This document shows, in pieces, positions 28,163-38,862 of a stretch of 64,000 nucleotides of DNA; the first letter of the stretch is position 1, and each line of letters opens with the position of its first letter. The stretch lies in IMG/VR virus record IMGVR_UViG_3300042090_002370, positions 64,001 to 128,000 of that record, one strand, 5' to 3'. Position numbers and translations under genes: made by a program. The notes under the pieces were generated by a model. It saw only the letters and a list, made by a program, of their open reading frames with translations, did not search any database and was not told the DNA's origin. This DNA comes from a virus.

Positions 28163-30151
28163 ATGACACAGCCGCTCTTCTTCCAGCCTGAGGTGACCTT
28201 CGAAAAGACGGCAGCAGAAGTCATGCTTCCAGAGGACGCGAATCAGTGGCCTGAAGAGTTGATGCAGGAGCTCTACAAGCAGGTGCCTTATGCAGCGGAC
28301 TTCGAGCCGCATGTTGTTATGGATCGTGTCGATGCGGAGCGCGGTTACGCCTTTGGTCACATAGAAATTCAGAATAAAACCGAGGTCCAGCACGGAGCTC
28401 CTCCTGATGCAACTGCTGCCGCGGGCATCAAGAACGCGCGTATCCCCGTCATCATCAAAGACCTACGCCTACAGCCGCTCGACCTCCTCGTCACCGATGA
28501 CTCGAAGGTTCTACCGCTCACCGAGCCGCGTCTGCGTCAGGCCATCTTCCGCCCGCAGGCCTTCGATATCACGGGGCGCGGCCCCGGCGACATGTCGATG
28601 ATTGGGCAGCTCTACCCACCGTACCGTCAGAATTATGGCTTCGGTGGCGGCGGCGCGACGATGAATGTAGGAATGGGTAAGGAGGGGGGTGTTCTCTCTG
28701 CCATCCTCCCGACCATCCGCGAGCATGACTACAACGCCTTCTTTGCCAAGTTCGCGCACGACCGCGGCCTGCAGGCGCAGTACGTCGCTAATCATGGCGG
28801 TACGGCAGCGGCGTTGGATACGCTCTCGAGGTACGAGCCAGTCAGCCCAGTCAAGCTAGCGGAGGCGGCACTCAGTCACATTAAGCCGTCCGTCGTGCAG
28901 CTGCGTAAGGAGGCAGAGGGCTATACGCTTAAGACCGCTTCGTACGCCTGCTGGATGCCTATCGAGAGCCATCTCGACCGCGGGGAAGCAGTGCGCCTGC
29001 TCGGACCGAAAGTTGTGCTCGCGGCCGACCAGACCGGGTCCACGACCATGTCAGTGGGCGACGGCTCGAATGAGGAGGCCATGCAGAGCCCCGGCGGCGA
29101 AGCTCAGATGATCACCGAGTACGGCATCTACCAAGTGCAGGACGAGAAGGGTAACCACCTTATCGGCTTCGTCTTCCCGAACCTCATCGACCTCGACGGC
29201 AAGCCGCTGCCCATAGCGCTCTTCACGAACGGCAGTCAGATGGCGGTGCAGAGCGACATCGCCGGCATCCCCGTCGGTGAGGGCGTGAGCCTCTTTGAGG
29301 GGCAGCCTGGGGGTATGGGGGTCTTCTACAAGGATTCGCAGGCGACGCTCCCCATGACCGTCAAGGCGACCATGGCATCCCCTGAGGAGGGTGGTGTCAT
29401 CCTACACGCCGAGACCTTCGATGGGCGTGGCATGCAGGTCATGGTGCAGCCGAACATTGAACAGCCTACCCCAGGCCCAGATGGGGAGTTCCTCATCCCC
29501 GACTCCTGGTCCTGGCTCCCGCTCGACACCTCGGAGAAAACTGCCCTCGTCAGCACCCCCGAGGACATGGGCAAGGAGGGCGAGGCCCTGCGGTCGCTGA
29601 CGGCAGTGACGCTGCGCTGCGGTGGGGACTGCTTCTCAATTGACGGCTTTGCTGTGGAGAAACTGGCGTCTGACGCCAAGTCGTTCCTCTCCCTCGACGA
29701 GACGATGTTCGTCCTGGCCGGGCTCGGCGCCAACCTCGACTACGCCCAGAAGAAGATGGGCGAGGCCGCGGCGCTGCACCGCCCAGCGAGCGTTATCGTC
29801 AACAGGGAAATCAAGACGGCGTCGTCGGCGCTCCTCGATTCTCGCAAGGAAGCGATGCGCGTCCTCAGTGACATGCCGGACTTGCGCAGGGATCTCGTGA
29901 AGGAAGCTGCGGTCATACCCGACCCCGCGGCCGTAGACACTGTGCTCTCTCTCGGCTTCCTCAATCCTGAAAACCTAGGAACCTTCATCAGCTCCATGCC
30001 GGAAATAGACGCCTCGCAATTGAAGATGTGCGACCTCCTTCTGGCTGCGCGTCTGGGGCTTGCTGAGGTACCGGCCCCAGCGTTGGAGACGGCTATCCGT
30101 GCTACGGAGGAAGTCCTTGAGGGCTTGAAGGTGCTCGCGTTTCAGAAGTAG
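28163..30151 (+). CDS. putative head-associated protein (K-x-A rich)
   Basis: Long ORF; EKTAA, KLAE, KTAS, EKLAS and KEAA motifs. Confidence 0.75.
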   Translation: MTQPLFFQPEVTFEKTAAEVMLPEDANQWPEELMQELYKQVPYAADFEPHVVMDRVDAERGYAFGHIEIQNKTEVQHGAPPDATAAAGIKNARIPVIIKDLRLQPLDLLVTDDSKVLPLTEPRLRQAIFRPQAFDITGRGPGDMSMIGQLYPPYRQNYGFGGGGATMNVGMGKEGGVLSAILPTIREHDYNAFFAKFAHDRGLQAQYVANHGGTAAALDTLSRYEPVSPVKLAEAALSHIKPSVVQLRKEAEGYTLKTASYACWMPIESHLDRGEAVRLLGPKVVLAADQTGSTTMSVGDGSNEEAMQSPGGEAQMITEYGIYQVQDEKGNHLIGFVFPNLIDLDGKPLPIALFTNGSQMAVQSDIAGIPVGEGVSLFEGQPGGMGVFYKDSQATLPMTVKATMASPEEGGVILHAETFDGRGMQVMVQPNIEQPTPGPDGEFLIPDSWSWLPLDTSEKTALVSTPEDMGKEGEALRSLTAVTLRCGGDCFSIDGFAVEKLASDAKSFLSLDETMFVLAGLGANLDYAQKKMGEAAALHRPASVIVNREIKTASSALLDSRKEAMRVLSDMPDLRRDLVKEAAVIPDPAAVDTVLSLGFLNPENLGTFISSMPEIDASQLKMCDLLLAARLGLAEVPAPALETAIRATEEVLEGLKVLAFQK

Positions 30152-30193
30152 TCTAGACCCGCTTGCGGTAGTGTTGTACCCTCGTGCGAGGCG

Positions 30194-31168
30194 ATGCGTC
30201 TTCGTAGCCCGGCAGAGCACTACATCAAATACCTGATTCTGGCCAACAGGCAGAATACAAACGATGTTATCAAGGAGCGGCTCAACGACGAGCGGCTCGA
30301 TTACATCTCGGACAGGTACCTAGACAAGGTGAGGGCAGCACTGAAGCCGCCTGCGCCTTTTCAGCCCATGGATATTGGGCACGTGAAGTCCTTCAAGTTC
30401 ATCAACGAGGAGCGGGTCAACAGCCTCTTTCATCCCACTGCGGCGATGAAGATGGCCAAGCGAATATTGGAGGTTCCGCGGGCCAAAGAGTTTGTGGAGA
30501 CGATGATCCTTGTCCACGTACCGCTGTCGGCTATCGCGGCCTATGTTACGCAGCACCGAAAAGTCTATTGTACAGCCGAGGCAGTGCAGCTCTACCAGCA
30601 CTACTTCTGGAACATCGATCTGCTTGATACCGCTGAGATGCGCATTCTCTTTGCGCTTCGATTCGAACAGGCGGGAGAGCGCGACCCAGATCTCAAGGAT
30701 CGCAAGAAGTTGTTGACGACGGCCTACTACAAGGATGCGCGCAAGCTAGCAGCCGACCTGCCGTACTCCCCAATGTCTGCGACCCTGGCCCAGATGCGGC
30801 TCGGTGTAAGCCTGAACCGTGGTGAGCTGTCTACGCGGATGATGGAGGCTCGAGACATCGCCGTTGCACGCGCCATTGAGGCAGTTCAGCAAGATGGTCC
30901 TGGAGACCATATGAAGTTCTTGAATTACATCAACGGGGGCAGGATAATCGAGGAGATGCTGCAGATGATCGCGAAGCCAGCGGATCACCTGCAGGAGCTG
31001 CAGAAGAAGATTGCGTTGCGCACAGAGACGCGCAAAATGCTGACTGTTCACGAGCTAAGCGGTGGTCACCACACAGTGGAGATGGCCCCCATTGAGGACG
31101 CCCATGAAGGAACAGGACAAGATCTCGTCGGACAAGGTGATCTCAGCGGTTCAGGACTCCCCGGCTGA
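30194..31168 (+). CDS. hypothetical protein, possible HTH / small terminase candidate
   Basis: Helical, with an HTH-like segment VPLSAIAAYV...TAEAVQLY; near terL; function is inference only. Confidence 0.6.
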   Translation: MRLRSPAEHYIKYLILANRQNTNDVIKERLNDERLDYISDRYLDKVRAALKPPAPFQPMDIGHVKSFKFINEERVNSLFHPTAAMKMAKRILEVPRAKEFVETMILVHVPLSAIAAYVTQHRKVYCTAEAVQLYQHYFWNIDLLDTAEMRILFALRFEQAGERDPDLKDRKKLLTTAYYKDARKLAADLPYSPMSATLAQMRLGVSLNRGELSTRMMEARDIAVARAIEAVQQDGPGDHMKFLNYINGGRIIEEMLQMIAKPADHLQELQKKIALRTETRKMLTVHELSGGHHTVEMAPIEDAHEGTGQDLVGQGDLSGSGLPG

Positions 31169-31526
31169 GCTGCCGGTCCTGCCGCTGTCATTCATTCAGG
31201 TCAATGACTACACGACGTTCCGCGCTGAGTTCGCCATTACCGAAGGCGACATCGTCTACCACTTCTTCATAACCGCGGAGATCAATGGTCTAGTGAATCC
31301 GCGTCGATACTGGGACGAGCTCTTCCCGAGCAAGTTACAAGATGTCGCGCGGGAGTACTTCAAGGCAGACTTTCCGCGTCTTCAGGCGCAGTACATTCCG
31401 GAGATGGCATCCTGGTGGTTTCGTGCAAAGGGTTATGGAGCCAAGCTCGACCCGCACCGGTTCTCTTACCGGTTCTTTGACTTGTTCGATGAAGCGCTCG
31501 AAGGTGAGATGGCCAAAGCAACGTGA
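31104..31526 (+). CDS. hypothetical protein
   Basis: ATG 31104 with SD GAGG; aromatic-rich. Confidence 0.7.
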   Translation: MKEQDKISSDKVISAVQDSPAELPVLPLSFIQVNDYTTFRAEFAITEGDIVYHFFITAEINGLVNPRRYWDELFPSKLQDVAREYFKADFPRLQAQYIPEMASWWFRAKGYGAKLDPHRFSYRFFDLFDEALEGEMAKAT

Positions 31527-31774
31527 CCCTTCTTGAGCGCCAGTCTTGTGATCTTCCAGCCGCTCTCCTTGGCGTACTCCCTCATCAGGGACGTCAGCGA
31601 GCTCCACACGGACGGCATGAGATTGCCAGGCGCGAGTTGTAGTGAGCACTCGTAGGACGCGTCTTTGGGTATGCACCGAGCATTGGATGTGAACACTGGA
31701 CCGGCGGCCTGTACACAACTCCACATGTTGTTGAGCAGCTCCTGCGCGTCTGCGGTCTCTGTCGGTGGAAACAC
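31466..31774 (-). CDS. hypothetical protein
   Basis: Fills the gap between plus-strand genes; plausible alpha/beta composition. Confidence 0.45.
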   Translation of the reverse strand: MFPPTETADAQELLNNMWSCVQAAGPVFTSNARCIPKDASYECSLQLAPGNLMPSVWSSLTSLMREYAKESGWKITRLALKKGHVALAISPSSASSNKSKNR

Positions 31775-31782
31775 GTGAGCCT

Positions 31783-33615
31783 ATGACTATCTATCATCAC
31801 TACGGACCCAACGGCTACCAGGAGCTGGATAGCGAAGACGAACCGGAGCTCAGCGACGACGCGCTCCGAGCGGCCTACGATTGGATGAACGCGCCGGAGT
31901 CCTTCGCGGACTTCAGTCTAGTTGACGAGGCCTATGTAGAGGACGGCGACATCCCACCTATCCTGCCTTCGGAATTTACCGAGTTCGCCTTCCGGATGCC
32001 GTTGGTTGATGGAAGTGGCTGGGGCCCGTTTGATTTCGGGCCCAGACGCCACATGCGGCAGCTTTACGACACACCGGCCAAGCGCGTGTTGCTCTTCTGT
32101 GCACGGCAGGTAGAAAAGTCGACGATGCTGGGTAACCGCTCGCTGACGTACTCTTGCATGATTCCTGGCTTCCGTACGCTATACGTGTCGCCCTCTGCTA
32201 CGCAGACCAAAACTTTCTCCGTCGACCGAATCAAGGAGCCACTCGAGACCAGCGATATCCTAAAGGCGTACACGACGTCGCTTCTGCAGCAGAACGTCTT
32301 CGAGAAGCAGTTCGTCAACCGCTCGAAGATCACGCTGCGTTACGCCTTCCTCAACGCCGACCGCTGCCGCGGTATCCCTGCGCACGGTATCTTCATCGAC
32401 GAGTTCCAGGACATCCTGTCTGACTGCGTTCCAGTCATCGAGCAGGCCTCCAGCCATGCGCCCGAGAACCTAAAGCGTTTCATCTACGCCGGCACGCCCA
32501 AGGGCCTCGATAACGTACTCGAGTACTACCGTTCAGGTACTTCTAAAGGCCAGCCCATGAGCACCATGGGCGAGTGGGTAGTGCCCTGCGACCGACATGG
32601 TGGCGAGGGCGGACGTTTCTGGAACATCCTCGGCGAGAAGAACATTCAGAAGAAGGGGCTCTCTTGTGAGAGATGCCACCAACTCATCGACCCGATGCAC
32701 ACAGATGCACAATGGGCGCAGCTACAAGAAGAAGGTGTATTCGAGTCCTATCGTATTCCGCAGCTCATGGTCCCGTGGAAAGAGTGGAGCGAGATCTACC
32801 TCGACTACGGGCGATACGAGCGAGCCAAGTTCTACAACGAAGTCCTTGGTATATCTTACGATTCAGGACTCCGTCCGTTGACGCGGCAGCAGGTGCGTGA
32901 GTGCTGCCGACCCAACATCTCAATGCACCCGAGCGAGCTCGATAAGTACCGCCAGCACGGCATGCCAGGAAACACAATCTTCGCTGGTATTGATTGGGGC
33001 ACGGGCGAAAATTCCTTCACAGTCCTCTGTCTTGGTACGTACATAGAAAGCCGCTTTCGCATCTTCTATATCCACCGCTTCATCGGGGAAGACGTCGACC
33101 CCGTTCCGCAGCTGCAGAAGATCTGCGAGATGCTCTCGTACTTCAATGTGCGCATCATTGCCACGGACTATGGTGGTGGCTTTCACAGCAACGATCACCT
33201 GACGCGGAAATTCGGATACAAGCGCGTGATGAAGTATCAATATATGGCCCGCGCTCGAAAGAAGGTCTTGTGGAACCCGGCCTTCCGCCGCTGGCAGATC
33301 GTTCGCACCGAGCTCATGTCGGACGTCTTCAATGCCATCAAGAGGAAGCAGATAGACCTGCCGCGCTTCGAGGAGTTCGAGGACCCGTACGCCAATGACT
33401 GCCTGAACATTTACGCCGAGTACAACGACACACTGCGCATGCTCCAGTACCGGCACCGCCCCGACAAGCCCGACGACTCCTTACACGCTATCCTCTACTG
33501 CCTGGTTGGTTCGATGATTGTATACCCCAGGCCAGATTTGATAATGCCGCAGAGGGAGTTCCCTGGACAGGGACCGCTACGCAGTGCCTATAGGGGGCCT
33601 TTAGATCAAGGTTGA
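31783..33615 (+). CDS. terL: terminase large subunit
   Basis: LLFCARQVEKST (Walker A variant), FIDEFQD, AGTP coupling motif, nuclease FAGIDWG ... DDSLHA; start could be 31765. Confidence 0.88.
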   Translation: MTIYHHYGPNGYQELDSEDEPELSDDALRAAYDWMNAPESFADFSLVDEAYVEDGDIPPILPSEFTEFAFRMPLVDGSGWGPFDFGPRRHMRQLYDTPAKRVLLFCARQVEKSTMLGNRSLTYSCMIPGFRTLYVSPSATQTKTFSVDRIKEPLETSDILKAYTTSLLQQNVFEKQFVNRSKITLRYAFLNADRCRGIPAHGIFIDEFQDILSDCVPVIEQASSHAPENLKRFIYAGTPKGLDNVLEYYRSGTSKGQPMSTMGEWVVPCDRHGGEGGRFWNILGEKNIQKKGLSCERCHQLIDPMHTDAQWAQLQEEGVFESYRIPQLMVPWKEWSEIYLDYGRYERAKFYNEVLGISYDSGLRPLTRQQVRECCRPNISMHPSELDKYRQHGMPGNTIFAGIDWGTGENSFTVLCLGTYIESRFRIFYIHRFIGEDVDPVPQLQKICEMLSYFNVRIIATDYGGGFHSNDHLTRKFGYKRVMKYQYMARARKKVLWNPAFRRWQIVRTELMSDVFNAIKRKQIDLPRFEEFEDPYANDCLNIYAEYNDTLRMLQYRHRPDKPDDSLHAILYCLVGSMIVYPRPDLIMPQREFPGQGPLRSAYRGPLDQG

Positions 33616-33621
33616 CTCGCG

Positions 33622-34290
33622 TTAGTGAAGCAGCGCGCAGAGTTCGTTCACAGCCTTGCCAGCGTCGCCGAACACGTCGGTCGCTACCTTGTAGCCGTGT
33701 CTCAGGTGACAGAGTACGTACGCGACGTGCCAGAGGTTCTGCCGCGCACTCTCTAAGTACTTGGCAGCGAGGAAGAGCTCCTCGGAGTGCGTCATGGCGT
33801 CTGACCCCATCGTGTGTAGCATTTGAGTCAGTCGGTTGGCGTAGTCGCAGAACGGCCGCCACGGTTCCTCCGTTTTCGTGAGAAGGCCGATGGCTTCAAG
33901 ATAGGTCTCATCCATACCGAAGAACACGCCGCCCCAGTAGCGAATGAAGCCAGGCTGGATGACGTGCTCGTATCGTACAGGTTCGAGCAATTCCTTGAGT
34001 AGAATGAGTACGGAGGGTACGTCGCGCTGAAGCATCGGTGCAGTTAGCCCTAAATGGTGCATCAGTGCGGTTACGCGGTGCTCTGCGACGTTGGCGGCGG
34101 ACAGCGCCTGCATGGAAATATACCGAGCGGTGGCGCGCATACCGGTCAGCGCTGCTGCTCTGCGCTTTGGCTTTCTGAACCGGTCCCTGTTCGCGTAGCT
34201 CCATGCCGCCTTGTAACAGGGCTTGCACATGCCGTTGACCTTCGGCGGATTGTTGCAACCTGGTATGGAGCAGAGCCCTCGGCTTCCCAT
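33622..34290 (-). CDS. hypothetical protein with N-terminal C..GC...C..C zinc finger
   Basis: CSIPGC..GMCKPCY; TAGTCT-N7-ATG upstream. Confidence 0.7.
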   Translation of the reverse strand: MGSRGLCSIPGCNNPPKVNGMCKPCYKAAWSYANRDRFRKPKRRAAALTGMRATARYISMQALSAANVAEHRVTALMHHLGLTAPMLQRDVPSVLILLKELLEPVRYEHVIQPGFIRYWGGVFFGMDETYLEAIGLLTKTEEPWRPFCDYANRLTQMLHTMGSDAMTHSEELFLAAKYLESARQNLWHVAYVLCHLRHGYKVATDVFGDAGKAVNELCALLH

Positions 34291-34328
34291 GTGAACTAGA
34301 CTAGCCTAATTTAGAAGAGGAGGCATTG

Positions 34329-35513
34329 ATGGACCTACCTAGCGTTGGCGCCTACCAACAGTCGCATGCACATCCGCATTCGGGAGAATACCTCGAGGTG
34401 CTGGGTAAAAAGGCAGCGGCCGACTGGGGCAACGGGCAGCACAAGACGCTGACCGATTCGGTGACCGAGACTGTGAAGCAGGCGCAGCTCTCCCCCGAGC
34501 AGGTGAAGCGTGTCGTCGAGTTCGCCAACACGGCGGCCTTCATCACCGAGTTCAAGAAGGAAGGCACAACCAGCTCGGTCGTTGACTTCCAGGGCGGTCC
34601 TGCTGATGCCTCGGAGATCTTGAAGGACCTCAACGACGGTGGCGGCGGTTCGGTGCTCGACAGGGGAACGCTCGATTACGCCATCCCGCCCGGGGAGACC
34701 AAGACCTCGAGCGCCTACGAAGAGACCAAGCTCGCTTCGATGTTCGGCGCCATGGAGCCGGCTACCGAGATTCCATACGAGAACCCGCTTGGAGAAGTCA
34801 TCGAGCTCAAGGACAAGCTCGCCGGCGCCGAGCAGCATCTGCAGTCGCAGATCAGCGGGCTCGAGATCATGTACGCCGACCTCGGCGACCGAGTCTACCA
34901 TCAGGTGAAGCAGGCCGCACTCAATGGTATCTCTCTTGGGGAGGTAATGGAGGCCTGGCAGACCGTCGCTCCGTCCGACGAGTACATCAAGGTCGCCTTC
35001 ACGCTCATCAGCCCGCGCCTACTGCGTGAGGGCGTCTTCCATCGGGTGGAGGATATGACGGCGTCGGTAGACAAGACCGCCGGTGCCCGCGCCGTGAATC
35101 CTGAGCACCCGCTGGTTGTGGACTTCGGCGAGTTCTGTATCACCCTCAGCAAGCTGGCGGAGAGCCGCGCGGCGCGGACCGAGTTGGTTGGGCATCTCGG
35201 CCATCTCAACGCGTACGTGAAGCAGGCAAACCTTGCCGGGCAGGCATGGGATCTTGCAGGGAGGGCCGGCGCTGCCGCCCGCCCTTTAGGTAGGGTTGTT
35301 GGTGGCGAGACCGGCGCCAACATTGCGGGCGCACTGCCCAAGGCGGCCCTGGTCGGCGGCGGTCTCATCGCGGCCAATGAGGCCAAGACACATATCGAGA
35401 ATAGCCCCAGCCTCCCGGCTCGTGGGCTGCGTGCGACAGGGCGGCTAGTGGCGCAGCAGATTCCTGGCACCGAACAGAATCTTCAGCACAAGTGGGGGAT
35501 TCAAAATGGCTAG
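34329..35513 (+). CDS. putative head/internal protein with C-terminal Gly-rich segment
   Basis: SD GAGGAGG; K-x-A motifs; first gene of the head operon. Confidence 0.75.
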   Translation: MDLPSVGAYQQSHAHPHSGEYLEVLGKKAAADWGNGQHKTLTDSVTETVKQAQLSPEQVKRVVEFANTAAFITEFKKEGTTSSVVDFQGGPADASEILKDLNDGGGGSVLDRGTLDYAIPPGETKTSSAYEETKLASMFGAMEPATEIPYENPLGEVIELKDKLAGAEQHLQSQISGLEIMYADLGDRVYHQVKQAALNGISLGEVMEAWQTVAPSDEYIKVAFTLISPRLLREGVFHRVEDMTASVDKTAGARAVNPEHPLVVDFGEFCITLSKLAESRAARTELVGHLGHLNAYVKQANLAGQAWDLAGRAGAAARPLGRVVGGETGANIAGALPKAALVGGGLIAANEAKTHIENSPSLPARGLRATGRLVAQQIPGTEQNLQHKWGIQNG

Positions 35514-36033
35514 TGAGAAGAATCCCGTTGAGGACTACCTGACACAGAAGAAGGCGGGCATCTACGGTGATGTAGTGAATGGTGTTAGGGAGGGCGTTCG
35601 GCATGCCGTCACGGGTGGAAGGCTGCGGCCTGCCACCTCTATGGCCGGTGGTATTGGGCGCATGGGCGGTAAGGGCCTCGCTGCAACGGGCGGGACAGCT
35701 GCCGTGGCGCTTGCTGCGCTGGGCGTGCACAAGCTCTATGATGCTGCGACCAAGACGCGGGACTTCAACTCTATGCTCGAGTACGCCCCCGATGTTGCCG
35801 AGATGCACGCCGAGAACCCGCAGCACGTGAACCAAATGTTCTCTACGCTGCGGATGTTCAACCCGGACTTCACCAAGGACCCCGTGGTGTCGAGCAGCTA
35901 CGTGCGGAGGATGATGAGCGACCCGATGTCAGCGGGCGGCATTGCCACAGAGGCGCTTGGTCATCGTGACAAGATGCATAACCCGCTCGCCGACAAGGTG
36001 CTCAACGCAGCCTTCATCCAAAAGAAGAAGTAG
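35506..36033 (+). CDS. putative internal virion protein with a hydrophobic segment
   Basis: QKKA then an amphipathic Gly-rich helix and TAAVALAALGV. Confidence 0.7.
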   Translation: MASEKNPVEDYLTQKKAGIYGDVVNGVREGVRHAVTGGRLRPATSMAGGIGRMGGKGLAATGGTAAVALAALGVHKLYDAATKTRDFNSMLEYAPDVAEMHAENPQHVNQMFSTLRMFNPDFTKDPVVSSSYVRRMMSDPMSAGGIATEALGHRDKMHNPLADKVLNAAFIQKKK

Positions 36034-36035
36034 CC

Positions 36036-38861
36036 GTGATCAAGGTCGCCTTCTTCCACGGGGAAGACGAGTACGGACCGAGGGTCATTCCTCTATTCGG
36101 CCCGGCGGACCCAGTATTCGAGAAGACCGCAGCTCCTACACTGCTGCCTGAGGTAGCAAAGTACATCGCAGGCCTGCGGCCGCAGAACGACTCGCAGTAC
36201 GTGCTGCTCAACGCGATGGGTGCAAGTGAGTGGTGGGGTTCGAACATAAACGGCGACGCTTTCACCGAGGCCTCCCTCATTCACAGGCCTGATGAATGGT
36301 CAGGCAACCCGCTTGTGGACAAGCCTCGTTCGACCGACTGGCCTTACGGCTTTCCCACGTTCTACTTTGCCCACCCCTACGCCCACCATCGCAACAAGGA
36401 TGCCGCGCGGGCCTTCGGAGATGTAGAGCTCGCTGCCTGGCATCCGAAGATGAAGCGGGTCGAGCTTGTTACCCGTGTCGACAAGGACAAGTGCCAGGAG
36501 TTCGGTGGCACCGGGGTCTGGGACAAGCTCAGAGCCGGCGAGCTCCCCGACGTGTCGATGGGCTGCTTCAAGGCAGGGGCTCAAGTCACCATGGCGGACG
36601 GTACGCGAAAGCCTATCGAGGATGTTGTAGTAGATGACCGCGTACGAACACATACTGGCGGTGTGGGGCGTGTAACCGAGCTGCATCGTAGACGCTACCG
36701 CGGTGAGTTCTTTGAGATTCAGCCCGCCAATGAGGATTCTTTCATAGCTACGCAGGAGCACCCTTTCTGGGCAGCCTTCAACAGCAAGGACCCCTCCAGA
36801 GTTTGGCGGAAGGAACATCCGGTTTTTGACTGGGTGGGCGCCAGAGACTTGGACGGCGCTGTGCTCGCACACCCCAAAATTACTACGGAGGCACCATCAG
36901 AAATCACAACTGCGTGGGCCCGCCTCATCGGGTACTACTTGGCCGAAGGCCACGTTGTATTCAATAAGAAGGACGAACCGGCCGGCATCGAGCTCACAGT
37001 GGGTGCGGAGGATGCCATACACGATGAGATTGAGAGGCTCTGCGCTGAAATCGGCACGCGCAACATGCCGGTCTGGCGGCCACGAGAGAACAGCTGTAAG
37101 GCTTTCGCTATCGGCATCTATGATCCTGAAGTGGCTGAGCGGTGCGCGATGTACGCCGGCCGTTTCTCGAAAACCAAGAGGTTAGCCGAGGCAGTTCTGT
37201 ACTGGCCTACGCACCTTCAGCTAAATCTGATTGGCGCCTATCTGAACGGTGACGGGTTCTCTACAGCCACCGGCCTGCTGTGCGCGAGCACTTCCTCCCA
37301 AGACCTTGTGCACCAGCTTCGCGAGCTCCTATTCCGTCTCGGCATCCCGACTTCTTACCAGCTGCTTCACCACAAGGCCGGTAGCGGCTTCTCACGAACG
37401 GATACGGATGAGTGGGTGGTCTCCATCGGCCGACAGTGGGCGCCGCGTTTCGAGGGCTATTGCGCCAAAGTACGCGTGATGCAGGTGGGCAAATCCAAGA
37501 ATGTGCTAGCCGACTTCGGTGACCTTTGGGCTGTGCCTATACGCGCCCTGGATTCCTTCTACGATGAAGACGACGTTTATAACTTCGAGGTGGAGGGTGA
37601 CAACTCTTACCTGGTGAACGGCGTCGCTGTGCATAACTGCAAGGTTCCCTTCGATACCTGCAGCATCTGCCTAGACAAGGAGACTTACCGTCGAGCGCAG
37701 CAGATGTTCAACTCCTCGCGTCACAGATCACCTGGGGACGCGGTGCTCGCCTACCACAAGGAGCTCATAAAGAAGAACGGCAAAGGCATCCGCGGCGTCT
37801 CTATCACCAGGAAGGACTACTGCGAGCACGCCGGCAAGATGATGAACCACATCCTGCCCGATGGCAGGAAGGTCTTCGTCTACAACGACTACCCCAAGTT
37901 CTTCGATATCAGCTTCGTGTTCATCGGCGCCGACAAGACGGCCAAGGTGATGATGAAGATCGCCGGTGGCGGCAAGGTCTTTTGGTTCCTGAACGGCGCT
38001 GAGCTGGCAGAGAAGCTGGGCTACGGGCAGGACGATGACATCCTCATGCCAGAGTTTGCGCCTGATGGCACTGCTACGCTGAAGGTAGCCAGCGTCAGTG
38101 ATGAGACGTTGAAGCACGCCTTCTTGGGGAAGCTGGCGAAGAACAAGGATGCGGAGATCACAAAGGATGTTGTGCCCAGTCAGTTCGCTGGCAAAGCAGT
38201 ACCGTTGCTGACACAACACGAGAAGGATCTACCCAAGTCAACGCTCGATGCGCTGGGTACTTCTTCGCTCGAAGAGGCATTGTCCACACCAACCGGTCTC
38301 GGCATGGTGCTGCGCCCTCACGAGTTTCAGCGGATCATCCTTATTCAGATGGGAAAACAGCAACTGGCAGATGAGTTGGATAGTAAGGGTGAAGTCTTTC
38401 CGAAGAGTGAGGAGAAGCTTGATGTGCCTATGGGACCGCGCTTCTTTTCACAGGTTCTTGCTCGCTTGCTGTTGCCTATGATGAGTGAGCGTTCTGGTTT
38501 GGGGCCAGTAATTGAGAGGCGTGTACTGGTAGCTACTGGAGACCCCAAAGAAAAGCGTGGGAGGTCTTCTTCCCTTTCCAATCCCGTCCTGCGTAAGATG
38601 GGTGCTGCGTACAACGGATACCGAACAGGCATCATGGAACTTGTTGCACATGCTCCCGAACTGATATCGTCGATGGCGATGCCGTCGCACAGTCAGTTGA
38701 CCAAGCTTGCGTCAGCACCGGTCCAGTCTGTTTTCACTCCACTGAGCGCAAGCTACTTCAAACTCGCGTTCATGGACGAAGTCACACCCGCCTCCGTGGA
38801 GAGGGGATTCCCCTCGAGGAACACGTCGGCCATGAGCAAAAAAGCTGCCGGAGGATATTGA
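36036..38861 (+). CDS. prohead (capsid maturation) protease, intein-containing precursor
   Basis: NINGDAF, YAHH (His), DVSMG/C (Ser), CSIC..CEH, FFDISFV..GAD..A; upstream of scaffold and capsid genes. Confidence 0.78.
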   Translation: MIKVAFFHGEDEYGPRVIPLFGPADPVFEKTAAPTLLPEVAKYIAGLRPQNDSQYVLLNAMGASEWWGSNINGDAFTEASLIHRPDEWSGNPLVDKPRSTDWPYGFPTFYFAHPYAHHRNKDAARAFGDVELAAWHPKMKRVELVTRVDKDKCQEFGGTGVWDKLRAGELPDVSMGCFKAGAQVTMADGTRKPIEDVVVDDRVRTHTGGVGRVTELHRRRYRGEFFEIQPANEDSFIATQEHPFWAAFNSKDPSRVWRKEHPVFDWVGARDLDGAVLAHPKITTEAPSEITTAWARLIGYYLAEGHVVFNKKDEPAGIELTVGAEDAIHDEIERLCAEIGTRNMPVWRPRENSCKAFAIGIYDPEVAERCAMYAGRFSKTKRLAEAVLYWPTHLQLNLIGAYLNGDGFSTATGLLCASTSSQDLVHQLRELLFRLGIPTSYQLLHHKAGSGFSRTDTDEWVVSIGRQWAPRFEGYCAKVRVMQVGKSKNVLADFGDLWAVPIRALDSFYDEDDVYNFEVEGDNSYLVNGVAVHNCKVPFDTCSICLDKETYRRAQQMFNSSRHRSPGDAVLAYHKELIKKNGKGIRGVSITRKDYCEHAGKMMNHILPDGRKVFVYNDYPKFFDISFVFIGADKTAKVMMKIAGGGKVFWFLNGAELAEKLGYGQDDDILMPEFAPDGTATLKVASVSDETLKHAFLGKLAKNKDAEITKDVVPSQFAGKAVPLLTQHEKDLPKSTLDALGTSSLEEALSTPTGLGMVLRPHEFQRIILIQMGKQQLADELDSKGEVFPKSEEKLDVPMGPRFFSQVLARLLLPMMSERSGLGPVIERRVLVATGDPKEKRGRSSSLSNPVLRKMGAAYNGYRTGIMELVAHAPELISSMAMPSHSQLTKLASAPVQSVFTPLSASYFKLAFMDEVTPASVERGFPSRNTSAMSKKAAGGY
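36564..37637 (+). mobile_element. intein with LAGLIDADG homing endonuclease in the protease gene (358 aa)
   Basis: Starts CFKAGAQVTMADG, block B TQEHPF, LIGYYLAEG and YLNGDG, ends VYNFEV..NSYLVNGVAVHN followed by Cys. Confidence 0.93.
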
Positions 38862-38862
38862 G

